From: an uncultured Actinomycetota bacterium
Lineage (GTDB): Bacteria > Actinomycetota > Actinomycetes > Mycobacteriales > Micromonosporaceae
Direction of reading: 5' to 3'
Length of the DNA stretch: 64,000 nucleotides
Assembly (NCBI GenBank): GCA_963831705.1
Contig: CAWHRE010000010.1
Location: forward strand, 1,419,412-1,483,411
Part shown: positions 19,585 to 30,910 of the stretch, piece by piece
Layout of the letters: each line of letters opens with the position of its first letter
How positions within the stretch are numbered: the first letter of the stretch is position 1
Translations under genes and position numbers: made by a program
Notes under the pieces: generated by a model
The model's database searches: none
What the model was told of the DNA's origin: nothing
What the model saw: the letters and a program-made list of their open reading frames with translations, nothing else

Positions 19585-20910
19585 TTAGTCCTCACTCTCG
19601 GACGAGTCGGTGCCGACCTGCGCCGGCTCGCGCTTGGCCTCGAGACGCTTGAGGCGCGGCGATGGCGGCACGGTCAGATCCATGGGTGGTACGGGGAAGC
19701 CACCTGGGTGCGGCGGCACTTCGCCGGCCGGTACCGGCTTCTCTTTCTGCGGTGCCAGCAGGAACGGAATCGCGGCGAGGATGACGACGCCGACGATGAT
19801 CCAGGCCTTCTCTGCACCGGACAGGCTCGACGCCTGCATCACCTTCACGCCGGACAGCGCGAGGATCCAGACCAGGCTGACCGGGATCAGCACCTTCCAG
19901 CCGAAGCGCATGAACTGGTCGTACCGCAGACGCGGCATCGTGCCACGCAGCCAGACGAACAGGAACAGCATGATCAGCAGCTTGATCGTGAACCAGAGGA
20001 TCGGCCAGTAGCCGTGGTTCGCACCGCTCCAGAGCGAGATCGGCCACGGTGCCCGCCAGCCGCCGAAGAAAAGCGTCACGCAGAGCGCGGACACGGTCAC
20101 CATGTTGATGTACTCAGCGAGGAAGAACAGTGCGAACTTCAGCGACGAGTATTCGGTGTGGAAGCCACCGACGAGCTCCGACTCGGCCTCGGGAAGGTCG
20201 AACGGCGCCCGGTTCGTCTCACCGACCGCCGAGATGAAGTAGATCAGCAGGCTCGGGAGCAGCAGGATCGCGTACCAACCCGGGCCGGTGAAGTGCCAGC
20301 CGAACAGGCTGATCTTGGTGCCGTGCGCCTGCGCCGCGACGATGCCGGACGTCGACATCGTGTTCGCCGAGATGAAGACCGCCACGATCGCGAGGCCCAT
20401 CGCGACCTCGTACGAGATCACCTGCGCCGCCGAGCGAAGACCACCGAGCAGCGGGTACGTCGAGCCGGACGCGTATCCGCCGAGCACGATGCCGTACACG
20501 CCCATCGCCGAACACGCGAGCACCACGAGCACGCCGACCGACGTGTCCGTCAGCTGCAGCGGCGTGTGGTGACCGGCGATCGAGACGATCGGGCCGAACG
20601 GAATCACCGCGAACGCGGTGAACGCGGCGACCGTCGAGATCACCGGCGCGATGAAGAACACCGCCTTGTCGGCGAGCGTCGGCATGATGTCTTCCTTGAA
20701 GGCGAGCTTCAAGCCGTCCGCCAGCGATTGCAACAGTCCGAACGGGCCAACCCGGTTGGGGCCTGGACGGACCTGCATACGAGCGACCACGCGGCGCTCG
20801 TACCAGATCGCGAACAACGTCATCACGACGAGGAAGATGAAGACCGCGAGGATCTTGATGATGACGATCCACCACGTGTCGCGGCCGAAATCATCCAGGG
20901 TCGGGTTCAT
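19585..20910 (-). CDS. nuoH: NADH-quinone oxidoreductase subunit H
   Basis: Conserved NuoH blocks are present ([25 protein letters not shown]), followed by a Pro-rich C-terminal tail. Confidence 0.92.
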   Translation of the reverse strand: MNPTLDDFGRDTWWIVIIKILAVFIFLVVMTLFAIWYERRVVARMQVRPGPNRVGPFGLLQSLADGLKLAFKEDIMPTLADKAVFFIAPVISTVAAFTAFAVIPFGPIVSIAGHHTPLQLTDTSVGVLVVLACSAMGVYGIVLGGYASGSTYPLLGGLRSAAQVISYEVAMGLAIVAVFISANTMSTSGIVAAQAHGTKISLFGWHFTGPGWYAILLLPSLLIYFISAVGETNRAPFDLPEAESELVGGFHTEYSSLKFALFFLAEYINMVTVSALCVTLFFGGWRAPWPISLWSGANHGYWPILWFTIKLLIMLFLFVWLRGTMPRLRYDQFMRFGWKVLIPVSLVWILALSGVKVMQASSLSGAEKAWIIVGVVILAAIPFLLAPQKEKPVPAGEVPPHPGGFPVPPMDLTVPPSPRLKRLEAKREPAQVGTDSSESED

Positions 20911-23393
20911 TGCGCCCCTCCGCTTGTCTTACCTGCGGTGATCGAAACGACGGCCCCGGAGGTCACGCCCAGCGTCCGTCGTACGGTCGATCCCGGTGAA
21001 TTCGTCGGCAGCCAGACGACGCCCTCGGCCATCTCACCAATCTCGGCCGGCAGCGTGATCGCACCGCGCTCGGTGCCTACCGTGACCGGATCGCCGTCGG
21101 CCACGCCGAGCTTCCCGGCCAGAGCCTTCCCGATCCGTACGGCCGGCGGGCGCGCCGTGCCCATCAGCGCCTCGTCACCGTCGGTCAGGCTGCCCAGGTC
21201 GAGCAGCTGGTGCCAGGTCGCGAGGATCGCCTCTCCGGTACCGGCCAGCGGCGCGGGCACCGAGGCAGCGGTCGGCGCGGCCGGACGCGGGGCGTCGGTC
21301 GGCGGTGTCATACCGATCTCGCGCCGGATCTTCGCCGCGTCGGCGCAGCCGAGCTCGATCCGGAACTCGGCGGCCAGCGCGTCGAGCACGCGGGCGTCGG
21401 ACATCGCGGTGGTGTTCAGGACCGCTTCGAACGTGCGCGTACGGCCTTCCCAGTCCACGAACGTGCCGGCCTTCTCGACCACCGGAGCGACCGGGAACAC
21501 CACGTCGGCGCGGCGCGAGACAGCCGTTCCGCGTACCTCGAAGCTGATCAGAAAGTCGACGTGGTCGAGCGCTTCTTCGGCCCGGCCCGGGTCGGCCAGG
21601 TCGGCCGGGTCGACACCGGCCACGATCAGCGCGCCGATCGCACCGGACGCCGCCGCGGCGAGAATGCCGTCGGTGTCGCGACCGGCCGCACTCGGCAGCA
21701 CTCCGGCCGCCAGGCCCCACTTCTCGGCCATCTCGGCCCGCGCCGCCGCCTCGTTGACCGGGCGTCCGCCCGGGAGCAGGTTCGGCAGGCAGCCGGCTTC
21801 CAACGCGCCGCGGTCACCCGCACGCCGCGGAACCCAGGCGAGCTTCGCGCTGGTCCGGACGGCCAGTGCGGCCGCGGCGGACAGTGCACGCGGTGCCGTG
21901 GCCAGCCGCTCGCCCACGATGATCAGCGGACGCTCGGTCTTCAACGCGTCGGCGACCACGTCGTTCGTAGCCAGTGCCTCGGCCTCGCGACCGGGAACCG
22001 TGAGGACGACGTTCGCGCTCAGCTTTTCGAAGCCGCGCGAAGCGAACGGCGCCAGCGCAACGATCGGAAGATTGCGCGCCGTGACCTGCTTGCGCATGCG
22101 CAGGAACAGGATCGGGCACTCCTCCTCCGGCTCCAGGCCGGCGATCACGATCGCGGTCGCGTTGTCCACGTCCGCGTACGTCACGTCGCCGACGCCCACC
22201 ACGTTCGACGCCAGGAACTGCGTCTCCTCGTCGGAGACCGGCCGGGCGCGGAAGTCGATGTCGTTCGTACCGAGCACGACGCGGGCGAACTTCGCGTACG
22301 CGTACGCGTCCTCGACCGTGAGCCGACCGCCGGTCAGCACACCGACGCCGGAGTTGCGCCGGGCCAGCCGCAGACCTTCGGCGGCGACCAGCAGCGCCTC
22401 GGGCCAGGACGCCTCACGCAGGTCACCGGTCTTCGCGTCCCGGACCAGCGGCTGCTGGAGCCGGTCGAACGCGGTCGAGTACTGGAAGCCCCAGCGGCCT
22501 TTGTCGCAGTTCCACTCTTCGTTGACCTGCGGGTCGTTGCCGGCCAGACGACGCATCACCTTGCCGCGACGGTGGTCGGTGCGCTGCGAGCATCCCGCGG
22601 CACAGTGCTCACAGGCACTCGGCGTGGAGACCAGGTCGAACGGGCGAGCCCGGAACCGGTACTGCGAGCCGGTCAGCGCGCCGACCGGGCAGATCTGCAC
22701 GGTGTTACCGGAGAAGTACGAGTTGAACTCGACGTCACCCTTCTCGGGCTCTTCCTCGTCGTACGGCGTCTCGTCGATCGTGCTGTGCCCGTGCGGGTGC
22801 TCGAAGGCGGCGTCGCGGTAGACGCCGATCTGCTCGGCCGACGAGCGGTCCATCAGGTCGATGAACTTGTCGCCGGCGATCTCCTCGGAGAACCGCGTAC
22901 AGCGCTGGCAGAGCACGCAGCGCTCGCGGTCGAGAAGTACCTGCGACGAGATGTTGATCGGCTTCTCGTACGTGCGCTTCTCGTCCCGGAAGCGCGTCTC
23001 GGTACGGCCGTGTGACATCGCCTGGTTCTGCAGCGGGCACTCGCCGCCCTTGTCACACATCGGGCAGTCGAGCGGGTGGTTCATCAGCAGCAGTTCCATC
23101 ACGCCGGCCTGGGCCTTGGCGGCCACTGGCGAGGTGAGGTGCGTCTTGACGACCATGCCATCGGCGACCGTCTGCGTGCACGACGCGACCGGCTTGCGCT
23201 GGCCCTCGATGTCGACGAGGCACTGGCGGCAGGCGCCGGCCGGTGCGAGCAGCGGGTGGTCGCAGAAGCGCGGGATCTCGATCCCCATCTGCTCGGCGAC
23301 GCGGATCAGCAGCGTGCCCTTGGGCGCCACCACTTCGACTCCGTCGATCGTGAGCTTCACGGTGTCCACGCGAGGCTCTACCTCAGCCGTCAT
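20907..23393 (-). CDS. nuoG: NADH-quinone oxidoreductase subunit G
   Basis: Intact 828 aa with an N-terminal 2Fe-2S and 4Fe-4S cysteine cluster region ([35 protein letters not shown]) and a molybdopterin-like domain. Confidence 0.93.
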   Translation of the reverse strand: MTAEVEPRVDTVKLTIDGVEVVAPKGTLLIRVAEQMGIEIPRFCDHPLLAPAGACRQCLVDIEGQRKPVASCTQTVADGMVVKTHLTSPVAAKAQAGVMELLLMNHPLDCPMCDKGGECPLQNQAMSHGRTETRFRDEKRTYEKPINISSQVLLDRERCVLCQRCTRFSEEIAGDKFIDLMDRSSAEQIGVYRDAAFEHPHGHSTIDETPYDEEEPEKGDVEFNSYFSGNTVQICPVGALTGSQYRFRARPFDLVSTPSACEHCAAGCSQRTDHRRGKVMRRLAGNDPQVNEEWNCDKGRWGFQYSTAFDRLQQPLVRDAKTGDLREASWPEALLVAAEGLRLARRNSGVGVLTGGRLTVEDAYAYAKFARVVLGTNDIDFRARPVSDEETQFLASNVVGVGDVTYADVDNATAIVIAGLEPEEECPILFLRMRKQVTARNLPIVALAPFASRGFEKLSANVVLTVPGREAEALATNDVVADALKTERPLIIVGERLATAPRALSAAAALAVRTSAKLAWVPRRAGDRGALEAGCLPNLLPGGRPVNEAAARAEMAEKWGLAAGVLPSAAGRDTDGILAAAASGAIGALIVAGVDPADLADPGRAEEALDHVDFLISFEVRGTAVSRRADVVFPVAPVVEKAGTFVDWEGRTRTFEAVLNTTAMSDARVLDALAAEFRIELGCADAAKIRREIGMTPPTDAPRPAAPTAASVPAPLAGTGEAILATWHQLLDLGSLTDGDEALMGTARPPAVRIGKALAGKLGVADGDPVTVGTERGAITLPAEIGEMAEGVVWLPTNSPGSTVRRTLGVTSGAVVSITAGKTSGGAQ

Positions 23394-24709
23394 CAGTGCG
23401 CTCCTACAAGGTCGCCACTACGGAACTTCGGCGCCGTACGGCCCTCGATGTAGTCCACGTAGTCCTGTTTGAAGTACTGGATCGACGACATGACCGGGCT
23501 GGCAGCACCGTCACCCAGCGCGCAGAACGAGCGCCCGAGGATGTTGTCGCATGTGTCCAGCAGGGTGTCGAGATCCTCGGTCGTACCCTCGCCGGCGAGG
23601 ATGCGCTTGAGGATCCGGACCATCCAGTAATTGCCCTCGCGGCACGGCGTGCACTTACCGCACGACTCGTGGTGGTAGAACTCCAGCCACTTGTACGTCG
23701 CGTAAACCACGTCATCGGAGTCCGAGAAGATCTGCAGCGCGGACGTGCCGAGCATCGAGCCGGCCGCCACGACGCCGTCGAAGTCCAACGGGACGTCGAG
23801 GTGCTGGTCGGTAAGCAGCGGCGTGGAAGAGCCACCCGGCGTCCAGAACTTGAGCTTGTGGCCGGGCTTCATGCCACCGGCCAGCTCGATCAGTTCACGC
23901 AGCGTGGTACCCATGCCGCACTCGTACTGGCCCGGGTTCGCGATCCGTCCGGACAGTGAGTAGATCGACGTCCCGGACGACTTCTCGGTGCCCATCGACC
24001 TCCACCACGCCACGCCGCCGAGCACGATGTGCGGGACGCTCGCGATCGTGCCGACGTTGTTCACGACGGTGGGCGATGCGTACAGGCCGTGGGTGGCCGG
24101 GAACGGCGGGCGAAGACGCGGCTGGCCGCGGTAGCCCTCCAGCGAGTCGAGCAGCGCGGTCTCTTCGCCACAGATGTACGCGCCGGCACCGGAGTGCACG
24201 ACCACGTCCAGATCCAGGCCGGAGCCGAGGATGTTCTTGCCGAGGTAGCCCTTGTCGTACGCCTGCGCGATCGCGGACCGCAGTCGGCGAGCGGCGTGTA
24301 CGGCCTCACCGCGGATGTAGATGAATGCGTTGTTCGCGCGGATCGCATAGCAGGCGATGATGATGCCCTCGATCAGCGCGTGTGGATCGCTGATCATCAG
24401 CGGCATATCCCGGCAGGTGCCCGGCTCGCCTTCGTCCGCGTTCACCACGAGGTAGTGCGGCTTGCCGTCATTCTGGGGGATGAAGCCCCACTTCATGCCG
24501 GTCGGGAAGCCCGCGCCACCACGTCCGCGCAGGCCGGAATCCTTGATCATGGCGATCAGGTCATCCGGGTGCGCAGCAAGCGCCTTCTTCAGCGCGAGGT
24601 AGCCCTCGAGCTGCTCGTACACATCGATCTTCCAGGCGTCTGGCGTCTGCCAGCGCTTGGACAGCACCGGCGCGAGTTTCGCCAATACCTCAGGCCTGGG
24701 TTGCGTCAT
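23393..24709 (-). CDS. nuoF: NADH-quinone oxidoreductase subunit F
   Basis: Starts at MTQPRPEV, overlapping the nuoE stop (ATGA). Has the FMN/NADH site [16 protein letters not shown] and the 4Fe-4S motif [12 protein letters not shown]. The 678-aa track ORF is a read-through artefact. Confidence 0.92.
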   Translation of the reverse strand: MTQPRPEVLAKLAPVLSKRWQTPDAWKIDVYEQLEGYLALKKALAAHPDDLIAMIKDSGLRGRGGAGFPTGMKWGFIPQNDGKPHYLVVNADEGEPGTCRDMPLMISDPHALIEGIIIACYAIRANNAFIYIRGEAVHAARRLRSAIAQAYDKGYLGKNILGSGLDLDVVVHSGAGAYICGEETALLDSLEGYRGQPRLRPPFPATHGLYASPTVVNNVGTIASVPHIVLGGVAWWRSMGTEKSSGTSIYSLSGRIANPGQYECGMGTTLRELIELAGGMKPGHKLKFWTPGGSSTPLLTDQHLDVPLDFDGVVAAGSMLGTSALQIFSDSDDVVYATYKWLEFYHHESCGKCTPCREGNYWMVRILKRILAGEGTTEDLDTLLDTCDNILGRSFCALGDGAASPVMSSIQYFKQDYVDYIEGRTAPKFRSGDLVGAH

Positions 24710-25429
24710 TTCTTGTCCTTCGCCGGCGCGGTCGGGATCGGCGTCTTGGGGTCGTAGCTCGGCGCGCCCACGCCGTGCTTCTCGGCCAGACGGTTGCCGC
24801 GCAGCGTCGGCTCGCCCGGCAGGCCCTCGGCGACCGCGCCTTCGCGGTCCTCCGCGAATCCGGCCAGCTGGATCGCCATCTCCTTCAACGTGCAAAGGCG
24901 CGCTCCGCGGGTGGGGGCCGGCTTCTGGCCGTTGCGCAGCTTCGACACCAAATCGCTCGCCGAGGCCGGCGGTCTGGTTGTCGTGGTATTCGTAATTGAC
25001 CGTCACGACCGGCGCGTAATCGCAGGCCGCGAGGCACTCGGCGTGCTCCAGCGTGATCTTGCCGTCGGCCGAAGTCTCGTCGTGTCCGACACCCAGCTCC
25101 TCGGACAGGCGCTCGAAGATCTCACGGCCGCCCATCACGTCGCAGAGCGTGTTCGTGCAGACGCTGACGAGGTGCTCACCGGTCGGGCGTCGCTTGTACA
25201 TCGTGTAGAACGTCGCGACCGCACCGACCTCGGCCTTGGTAATGCCGAGTTGCTCCGCGCAGAACGTGACGCCGGCCGGCGACACTTGACCCGCCTCGGA
25301 CTGCACGAGGTGCAGCAGCGGCAGAAGCGCCGAGCGCTCCTTGCCGACCGGGTACCGCGCGATGATCTCCTTCGCGCGCGCCCGCGTGGCGTCGCTGAAA
25401 TCGCTCGCCTGCGTAATGGAACTTGTCAT
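24706..25429 (-). pseudogene. nuoE: NADH-quinone oxidoreductase subunit E, one +1 frame break
   Basis: The N-terminal 150 aa carry the 2Fe-2S motifs (CTNTLCDVMGG, CLAACDYAP). The C-terminal tail continues in ORF 24706-24951 (VSKLRNGQKPAPTRGARLCTLKE...). The break lies near 24955-24975. The span is 724 nt = 3n+1. Confidence 0.85.
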
Positions 25430-26760
25430 TAACGATCACACCCACCCATGACGGGGTCCAGTGACGCGCCACCCGCGATCACATCGGCCAACAGTCCACC
25501 CTCGGCCATCGCGGGGATGGCCTGAAGGTTGACGAAGCTTGGTTCGCGGTAGTGCACCCGGTACGGGCGGGTACCGCCATCGGACACGGCATGTACGCCA
25601 AGTTCGCCGCGCGGTGCCTCGATCCCGATGTACACCTGGCCGGGCGGCACCCGGAAACCCTCGGTCACGAGCTTGAAGTGGTGGATCAGCGATTCCATCG
25701 ACTGACCCATGATCTTCGCGATGTGCTCCAGCGAGTTGCCGAGACCGTCGGTACCGACAGCGAGCTGCGCCGGCCACGCGATCTTCTTGTCCTCGACCAT
25801 CACCGGGCCCGGCCGGAGCCGGTCCAGCGCCTGCGCAACGATCTTCAGCGACTCCCGCATCTCGCCGAGGCGGACCTGGTAGCGGCCCCACACGTCCGCA
25901 TCGTTGCTGGTGATGACGTCGAATTCGTAGTCCTCATAGCCGCTGTACGGCATCGTCTTCCGCAGATCCCACGGAAGACCAGCCGACCGGAGCACCGGGC
26001 CGGTGACGCCGAGCGCCAGGCAGCCCTGTACGTCCAGCACGGCCACACCCTGCGTACGGCGGGTCCAGATCGGGCTGCCGGAGAGTAGGTCCTCGTACAT
26101 GTCGAGGCGTTCCGGCATGAACGCGAGGAACTCCTTGATCTTCGCGATCGCAGAGTCCGGTACGTCCTGCGAGACGCCGCCCGGTCGCACGTAAGCCATG
26201 TTCATCCGCAGGCCGCTGATCATCTCGAAGATATCGAGGATGAACTCGCGCTCGCGGAAGCCGTAGATCATCATGGACAGCGCGCCGAGCTCCATACCGG
26301 TCGTGGCTAGCCACACCAGGTGCGACGCGATCCGGTTCAGCTCCATCATCATCACGCGGATCGTCTTCGCGCGGTCGGTGATCTGGTCTTCGATGCCGAG
26401 CAGCTTCTCGACCGCGAGGCAGTAGCCGGTCTCGTTGAAGATCGGTGCCAGATAGTCCATCCGGGTGACGAACGTGGTGCCCTGCGTCCAGTTCCGGTAC
26501 TCGAGGTTCTTCTCGATGCCGGTGTGCAGGTATCCGATGACCAGGCGCGCGTCGGTGACGGTCTCGCCTTCGAGTTCCAGGACCAGGCGGAGCACGCCGT
26601 GCGTGGACGGGTGCTGCGGTCCCATGTTGACGACGATGCGCTCGTCGTGGATCGGGTCTCCATCGCCACCGAGCACCGAGTCCCAGTCCCCACCGGTAAC
26701 GGTGAAGACGCGGCCCTCGGTGGTTTCGCGCGCTGCGGCGTACGAGTCTGTCGAGGTCAT
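25429..26760 (-). CDS. nuoD: NADH-quinone oxidoreductase subunit D
   Basis: Starts at [11 protein letters not shown] (ATGA overlap with the nuoC stop). [15 protein letters not shown] is the NuoD signature. The upstream extension of the track ORF runs out of frame over nuoC. Confidence 0.93.
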   Translation of the reverse strand: MTSTDSYAAARETTEGRVFTVTGGDWDSVLGGDGDPIHDERIVVNMGPQHPSTHGVLRLVLELEGETVTDARLVIGYLHTGIEKNLEYRNWTQGTTFVTRMDYLAPIFNETGYCLAVEKLLGIEDQITDRAKTIRVMMMELNRIASHLVWLATTGMELGALSMMIYGFREREFILDIFEMISGLRMNMAYVRPGGVSQDVPDSAIAKIKEFLAFMPERLDMYEDLLSGSPIWTRRTQGVAVLDVQGCLALGVTGPVLRSAGLPWDLRKTMPYSGYEDYEFDVITSNDADVWGRYQVRLGEMRESLKIVAQALDRLRPGPVMVEDKKIAWPAQLAVGTDGLGNSLEHIAKIMGQSMESLIHHFKLVTEGFRVPPGQVYIGIEAPRGELGVHAVSDGGTRPYRVHYREPSFVNLQAIPAMAEGGLLADVIAGGASLDPVMGGCDR

Positions 26761-27428
26761 AGGTAAGACCGCCTCTCGTCCGGTGGCGGGATCTCCGCGC
26801 CCTTGTACTCCACCGGGATGCCACCCAGCGGATAGTCCTTGCGCTGCGGGTGACCTTCCCAGTCGTCCGGCATCAGGATCCGGGTGAGGCCCGGATGTCC
26901 GTCGTAGATGATGCCGAACATGTCGTAGGTCTCTCGTTCCTGCCAGTCGGCGGTCGGGTAGACCGCGGTGACGCTCGGCAGGTGCGGCTCTTCGGCGGTC
27001 ACGGCCGCCTCCAGGCGAATCCGGCGCCGGTACGTCATCGACGTCAGCTCGTACACCGTGTGCAGCCGGCGATCGTCGGTGCCGAGGTAGTCGACGCCGG
27101 AGACCGATGAGCACAGCTCGAACCGAAGTGCGTCGCCGTCCCGCATTACCTGGCACACATCCGCGATGCGCTCCGGCTTGATGTGCAGCGTCAGCTCACC
27201 GCGGTCGACGACGACCTTCTCGATCGCGTCCGAGATGTCGGTCAGCTCGCCGCCGGGTACCTCGTAGGCGGCCAGCTCCTCGTCGAGCGCGTCCACGACC
27301 TCGTCGTAGTACCCGCCGTACGGGCGAGGCGAGTCCAGCACGGACGTACGGCGACGGACTAGGCCGCCGAAGCCGGACGTGTCACCGGTACCGGCGACGC
27401 CGAACATGCCCCGATCTTGTTCACCCAC
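26757..27428 (-). CDS. nuoC: NADH-quinone oxidoreductase subunit C
   Basis: Carries the conserved NuoC block [27 protein letters not shown] start overlaps the nuoB stop; the alternative is the ATG at 27407. Confidence 0.9.
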   Translation of the reverse strand: MGEQDRGMFGVAGTGDTSGFGGLVRRRTSVLDSPRPYGGYYDEVVDALDEELAAYEVPGGELTDISDAIEKVVVDRGELTLHIKPERIADVCQVMRDGDALRFELCSSVSGVDYLGTDDRRLHTVYELTSMTYRRRIRLEAAVTAEEPHLPSVTAVYPTADWQERETYDMFGIIYDGHPGLTRILMPDDWEGHPQRKDYPLGGIPVEYKGAEIPPPDERRSYL

Positions 27429-28104
27429 GAGGACCTCCCGCGTTGGGGTTCGTGTGCGCAGCGTTGTTCATCCAGTTCTCGATGCGCAGCTGCTCTTCGC
27501 GGCCTTCGGACACGGCCTGAATCCATTCGGCCTTGCGGAACTTGTCGAATCGGTAGCTCGACGGCATGGCACCGGGACGCACGATCGGAGCGCCGTCACG
27601 GGCCTCCTTCGCCTCCAGCGCCTTGACCCGCCGGTTGCCGAGCGGGTCGGCCATGACCTTCTCGTGCAGCTTGAGGATCGCGTCGATCAGCATCTCCGGC
27701 CGCGGCGGGCAGCCCGGCAGGTACATGTCGACCGGGACGACGTGGTCGACGCCCTGAACGATCGCGTAGTTGTTGAACATGCCGCCCGACGAGGCGCAGA
27801 CACCCATCGAGAGCACCCACTTCGGGTCGGGCATCTGGTCGTAGATCTGGCGGAGTACGGGTGCCATCTTCTGGCTGACCCGGCCGGCCACGATCATCAG
27901 ATCCGCCTGGCGGGGCGAAGCCCGGAACACCTCCATGCCGAAGCGCGCGAGGTCGTACCGCGCGGCACCGGTCGCCATCATCTCGATCGCGCAGCACGCC
28001 AGGCCGAACGTGGCCGGCCAGAAGCTGGACTTGCGCGACCAGTTGACGAGCTTCTCGACCGAGGTGAGGAGAACGCCCGAGGGCAGCTTGTCTTCGATAC
28101 CCAT
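27421..28104 (-). CDS. nuoB: NADH-quinone oxidoreductase subunit B
   Basis: Starts at MGIEDKLP, 2 nt after the nuoA stop. Has the N2 cluster cysteines ([23 protein letters not shown]). The C-terminal tail looks longer than I would expect for NuoB. Confidence 0.92.
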   Translation of the reverse strand: MGIEDKLPSGVLLTSVEKLVNWSRKSSFWPATFGLACCAIEMMATGAARYDLARFGMEVFRASPRQADLMIVAGRVSQKMAPVLRQIYDQMPDPKWVLSMGVCASSGGMFNNYAIVQGVDHVVPVDMYLPGCPPRPEMLIDAILKLHEKVMADPLGNRRVKALEAKEARDGAPIVRPGAMPSSYRFDKFRKAEWIQAVSEGREEQLRIENWMNNAAHTNPNAGGPRG

Positions 28105-28106
28105 TG

Positions 28107-28475
28107 TCAGTCCCAATCCAGCCCGCCGCGCCGCCATACATACGCGTAGACCGCGGCGACGGTGCCTATGAACAAGAGAATTTCGAAGAAGCCGAACGCT
28201 CCGGCGAACTTATGGAACGAAACGGCCCACGGATACAGGAAGATCGTCTCAATATCGAACACGATGAATAGCATGGCGACGAGGAAGAACTTCACCGGAA
28301 TCCGGCCGCCGCCGACCGGCTGCGGGGTGGGTTCAATTCCGCACTCGTACGCGTCGAGCTTCGCACGGTTGTAGCGGCGCGGTCCGACGAAAGGAGCCAC
28401 CGAAACCGAGCCCAGCGCAAACAGGAACGCCAGCGCGAACAGGCCCAGAAGTGGGACCCATGCCGATAGCGACAT
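28107..28475 (-). CDS. nuoA: NADH-quinone oxidoreductase subunit A
   Basis: 122-aa three-TM protein with YECGIEP and [12 protein letters not shown] motifs. GGAGGAG lies 5 nt upstream of the ATG. Confidence 0.92.
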   Translation of the reverse strand: MSLSAWVPLLGLFALAFLFALGSVSVAPFVGPRRYNRAKLDAYECGIEPTPQPVGGGRIPVKFFLVAMLFIVFDIETIFLYPWAVSFHKFAGAFGFFEILLFIGTVAAVYAYVWRRGGLDWD

Positions 28476-28525
28476 CTTCTCCTCCGTCTCTGCAATGTGA
28501 AATGGTCATCGACTCAAGCGATGAC

Positions 28526-29800
28526 TCACACGGCAGGTGCCACTTTAGTGAGTGCGTTGATAATCCGATCCATCGCATCACCGTCGCGGGGATCGGTCAG
28601 GTTCGCGAGCAGCTTCAACACGAACCGCATTAGCGTGGGGTGCGGCAAGCCGTGTTTCGTCGCGACGCGCATGATTTGCGGATTTCCAATTAATTTAACG
28701 AACCAGCCGCCGAGCCGGTAATATCCGCCGAACTCGTGCTTGAGCGCGGCCGGGTATTGCATCAGAGCACGTTCCCGGGCCGGCCCCGCCGGTCGAGCCA
28801 GCGCCTGTACGGCCACCTCGGCCGCCATCTCGCCGGACTCCATCGCGTACGCGATGCCTTCGCCGTTGAACGGGTTCACCATGCCACCGGAGTCTCCGAC
28901 CAGCAGAACGCCCCGCGAGTAGTGCGGTACCCGGTTGAAGCCCATCGGCAACGCGGCGCCCATCGTCGGACCGTCCGCGTTGGCCTCGTCGTTCATGCCC
29001 CACTCCGGCGGCGTCGTGGACAGCCAGTCGGTGAGCATGTTCCGGTAGTTCGTCTTGCCGAACGCGGCCGACGAATTCAGTACGCCGAGACCGACGTTGA
29101 CCCGGCCGTCGCCCATCCCGAAGATCCAGCCGTAACCGGGCAGGAGCGTGTCGCCGCCCTCGCGGGAACGCAGTTCCAGCCACGACTCCAGGAAGTCGTC
29201 GTTCGTCTTGGCCGGCGAGTTGTAGTAGCGCCGCACCGCGACGCCGATCGGTCGGTCTTCACGCTTCGCGATGCCCATCGCCAGCGCGAATCGGCTGGAC
29301 ACGCCGTCGGCAGCGATGACGATCGGCGCCCGGTATTCGATCGGCTCCTTGTCCGGACCGACCGCTGCCTTCACGCCGATTACGCGCCCGGCGGCGTCGG
29401 TGATCGGTCCGGACACGTTCGTCGAGGTGCGCAGCGTCGCACCGGCCGCGACGGCAGCCTCGGCGAGGATCTGGTCGAAGTCCATCCGGGTGCGGGTCAG
29501 ACCGTAGTTCGGGTGGCTGGCGAGATCGGGCCAGGCCAGCTCCATCCGGATGCCGCCGCCGATCACACGCAGACCCTTGTTGTGAATCCACCCGTCCGCG
29601 TGCGTGTCGACACCCATCTTGATCAGCTGGGTCACCGAGCGCGGAGTGAGTCCATCGCCGCAGACTTTTTCGCGGGGGAACTCGCTCTTTTCCAGAAGCT
29701 CCACGTTGACGCCGTGCCGGGCCAGGTGGAAAGCGGCCGCCGAGCCGCCGGGACCTGCGCCTACGATGATCACATCGGCTTCCCTGGTCTCCATGCTCAC
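28526..29800 (-). CDS. FAD-dependent geranylgeranyl reductase family protein (menaquinone side-chain reductase, MenJ-like)
   Basis: Has the FAD fold VIIVGAGPGGSAAAFHLA and a GDGLTPR block, and sits among menaquinone genes. The MenJ assignment is by analogy. Confidence 0.8.
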   Translation of the reverse strand: MSMETREADVIIVGAGPGGSAAAFHLARHGVNVELLEKSEFPREKVCGDGLTPRSVTQLIKMGVDTHADGWIHNKGLRVIGGGIRMELAWPDLASHPNYGLTRTRMDFDQILAEAAVAAGATLRTSTNVSGPITDAAGRVIGVKAAVGPDKEPIEYRAPIVIAADGVSSRFALAMGIAKREDRPIGVAVRRYYNSPAKTNDDFLESWLELRSREGGDTLLPGYGWIFGMGDGRVNVGLGVLNSSAAFGKTNYRNMLTDWLSTTPPEWGMNDEANADGPTMGAALPMGFNRVPHYSRGVLLVGDSGGMVNPFNGEGIAYAMESGEMAAEVAVQALARPAGPARERALMQYPAALKHEFGGYYRLGGWFVKLIGNPQIMRVATKHGLPHPTLMRFVLKLLANLTDPRDGDAMDRIINALTKVAPAV

Positions 29801-29845
29801 CGCCTCCCCATCGCCAACGTAGCGCTCGTGAAAGTCTTCACAAAC

Positions 29846-30634
29846 TCATCCGCCGAGCAGTGTAGAACTGGCCGGATTCGGCCCGTCCAGCGAGGTGTGC
29901 CTAACCTGAGACGCGGTCCGGACGGCGCGGTGCAGCGCCACGATGCCGCCGGTCAGATTGCGCCAGGTGACCGTTTCCCACCCGTTCGCGGCCAACTTTG
30001 CCGCCAATCCGGCCTGATCGGGCCACGCACGGATGGATTCGGCCAGGTAGACGTACGCGTCCGGGTTGGACGAGACGCGCCGGGCCACACTCGGCAGCGC
30101 CGCCATCAAATACATGAGGTACGTGTGCCGGAACACAGAATTCGTCGGATGCGAGAACTCGCAGACGACAATCCGGCCACCCGGCTTCGTCACGCGCGCC
30201 ATCTCGGTCAGCGCAGCGGCGGTGTCATGCACGTTGCGCAGCCCGAACGAGATCGTGACCGCGTCGAACGTGGCATCCGCGAACGGCAACGCAAGGGCGT
30301 CTCCGGCCAGCAGCGTCGTACCGGGGCGGGTCTTCTTTCCGGCCCGCAGCATGCCCTGCGAAATGTCCACGCCGATCACCTCGGCGCCGGATCGGGCCAA
30401 CTCCTCGGTGGACACCCCGGTACCGGCCGCCAGGTCGAGAACCCGCTCACCGGCCTTCAGCTTGAGCGCGTCCCGGGTCGCGTGCCTCCAGGCACGATCA
30501 CGGCCGAACGAGAGGATCGTGTTGGTCCGGTCATAGCGTTCGGCCACGCCGTCGAACATCGCCGCGATCTCGTCCGGGCGTTTGTCGAGGTTGGCTCGGC
30601 TGACTGGCGGGACCGTCGGCAGGCTCACGCTCAC
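29846..30634 (-). CDS. menG: demethylmenaquinone methyltransferase (UbiE/MenG family)
   Basis: [25 protein letters not shown] and the SAM motif VLDLAAGTG are typical of UbiE/MenG. Confidence 0.88.
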   Translation of the reverse strand: MSVSLPTVPPVSRANLDKRPDEIAAMFDGVAERYDRTNTILSFGRDRAWRHATRDALKLKAGERVLDLAAGTGVSTEELARSGAEVIGVDISQGMLRAGKKTRPGTTLLAGDALALPFADATFDAVTISFGLRNVHDTAAALTEMARVTKPGGRIVVCEFSHPTNSVFRHTYLMYLMAALPSVARRVSSNPDAYVYLAESIRAWPDQAGLAAKLAANGWETVTWRNLTGGIVALHRAVRTASQVRHTSLDGPNPASSTLLGG

Positions 30635-30700
30635 TTACTTTGCCAGCGACCCCTCAGCACGCCGCGCTCGGGGTCCGGCCCCCACTCCGCACCCAACTCC

Positions 30701-30717
30701 CAGTTGATCCTGGAGTT
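30701..30717. repeat. solo arm of palindromic element family A
   Basis: CAGTTGATCCTGGAGTT equals the arm of the elements at 30845 and 45593. It is preceded by AACTCC, which can pair with the terminal GGAGTT. Confidence 0.6.
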
Positions 30718-30721
30718 CGCC

Positions 30722-30804
30722 TGATTGCGGATCTTGGAAGCTCAAGGTGATCATCTAGCCAAGATCACAACACTGGACATCCACCCATGCCAAGATCTGC
30801 GATC
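30722..30804. repeat. GATC-rich inverted-repeat element, family B copy 2 (most divergent)
   Basis: TGATTGCGGATCTTGGAAG ... GATCACAACACTGGACATCCACCCATGCCAAGATCTGCGATC aligns along its length with copies 1, 3 and 4. Confidence 0.7.
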
Positions 30805-30844
30805 TTGCCGAACCAACACAGCCGGACCACCGCGCATATGCACG

Positions 30845-30908
30845 AAGTTGATCCTGGAGTTATGAGCACGACACGCCGTCGACGCGTCACTAACTCCAGG
30901 ATCAACTT
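30845..30908. repeat. 64-bp palindromic element, family A copy 1
   Basis: The 18-nt arms AAGTTGATCCTGGAGTTA and TAACTCCAGGATCAACTT are perfect reverse complements around a 28-nt loop. The element is about 88 percent identical to the reverse complement of 45593-45657. Confidence 0.85.
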
Positions 30909-30910
30909 GG

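Noticed and set aside
18889-22821. 1310-aa ORF on the plus strand, and similar giants at 28736-30724, 57514-59475, 14615-16120 and 21210-23015
   Set aside because: These ORFs are antisense to strongly conserved genes (nuoG/H/I, reductase/menG, valS, nuoM). Their translations are Arg/Ala/Pro/Gly-rich low-complexity strings typical of stop-poor non-coding frames in high-GC DNA, and they show no recognisable motifs.
23393-25429. Apparent 678-aa NuoE-NuoF fusion protein
   Set aside because: The central roughly 90 residues (AGLGERFGVEAAQRPEAGPHPRS...) are out-of-frame nuoE sequence. The true NuoE tail is in ORF 24706-24951, and nuoF has its own ATG at 24709 overlapping that stop. The fusion is a consequence of one extra base.
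27421-27560. C-terminal tail of NuoB that appears longer than in the homologues I recall
   Set aside because: The tail length is compared from memory only. It is in frame with normal codon bias and ends at a coupled nuoC start. I do not consider it a separate feature without an alignment.
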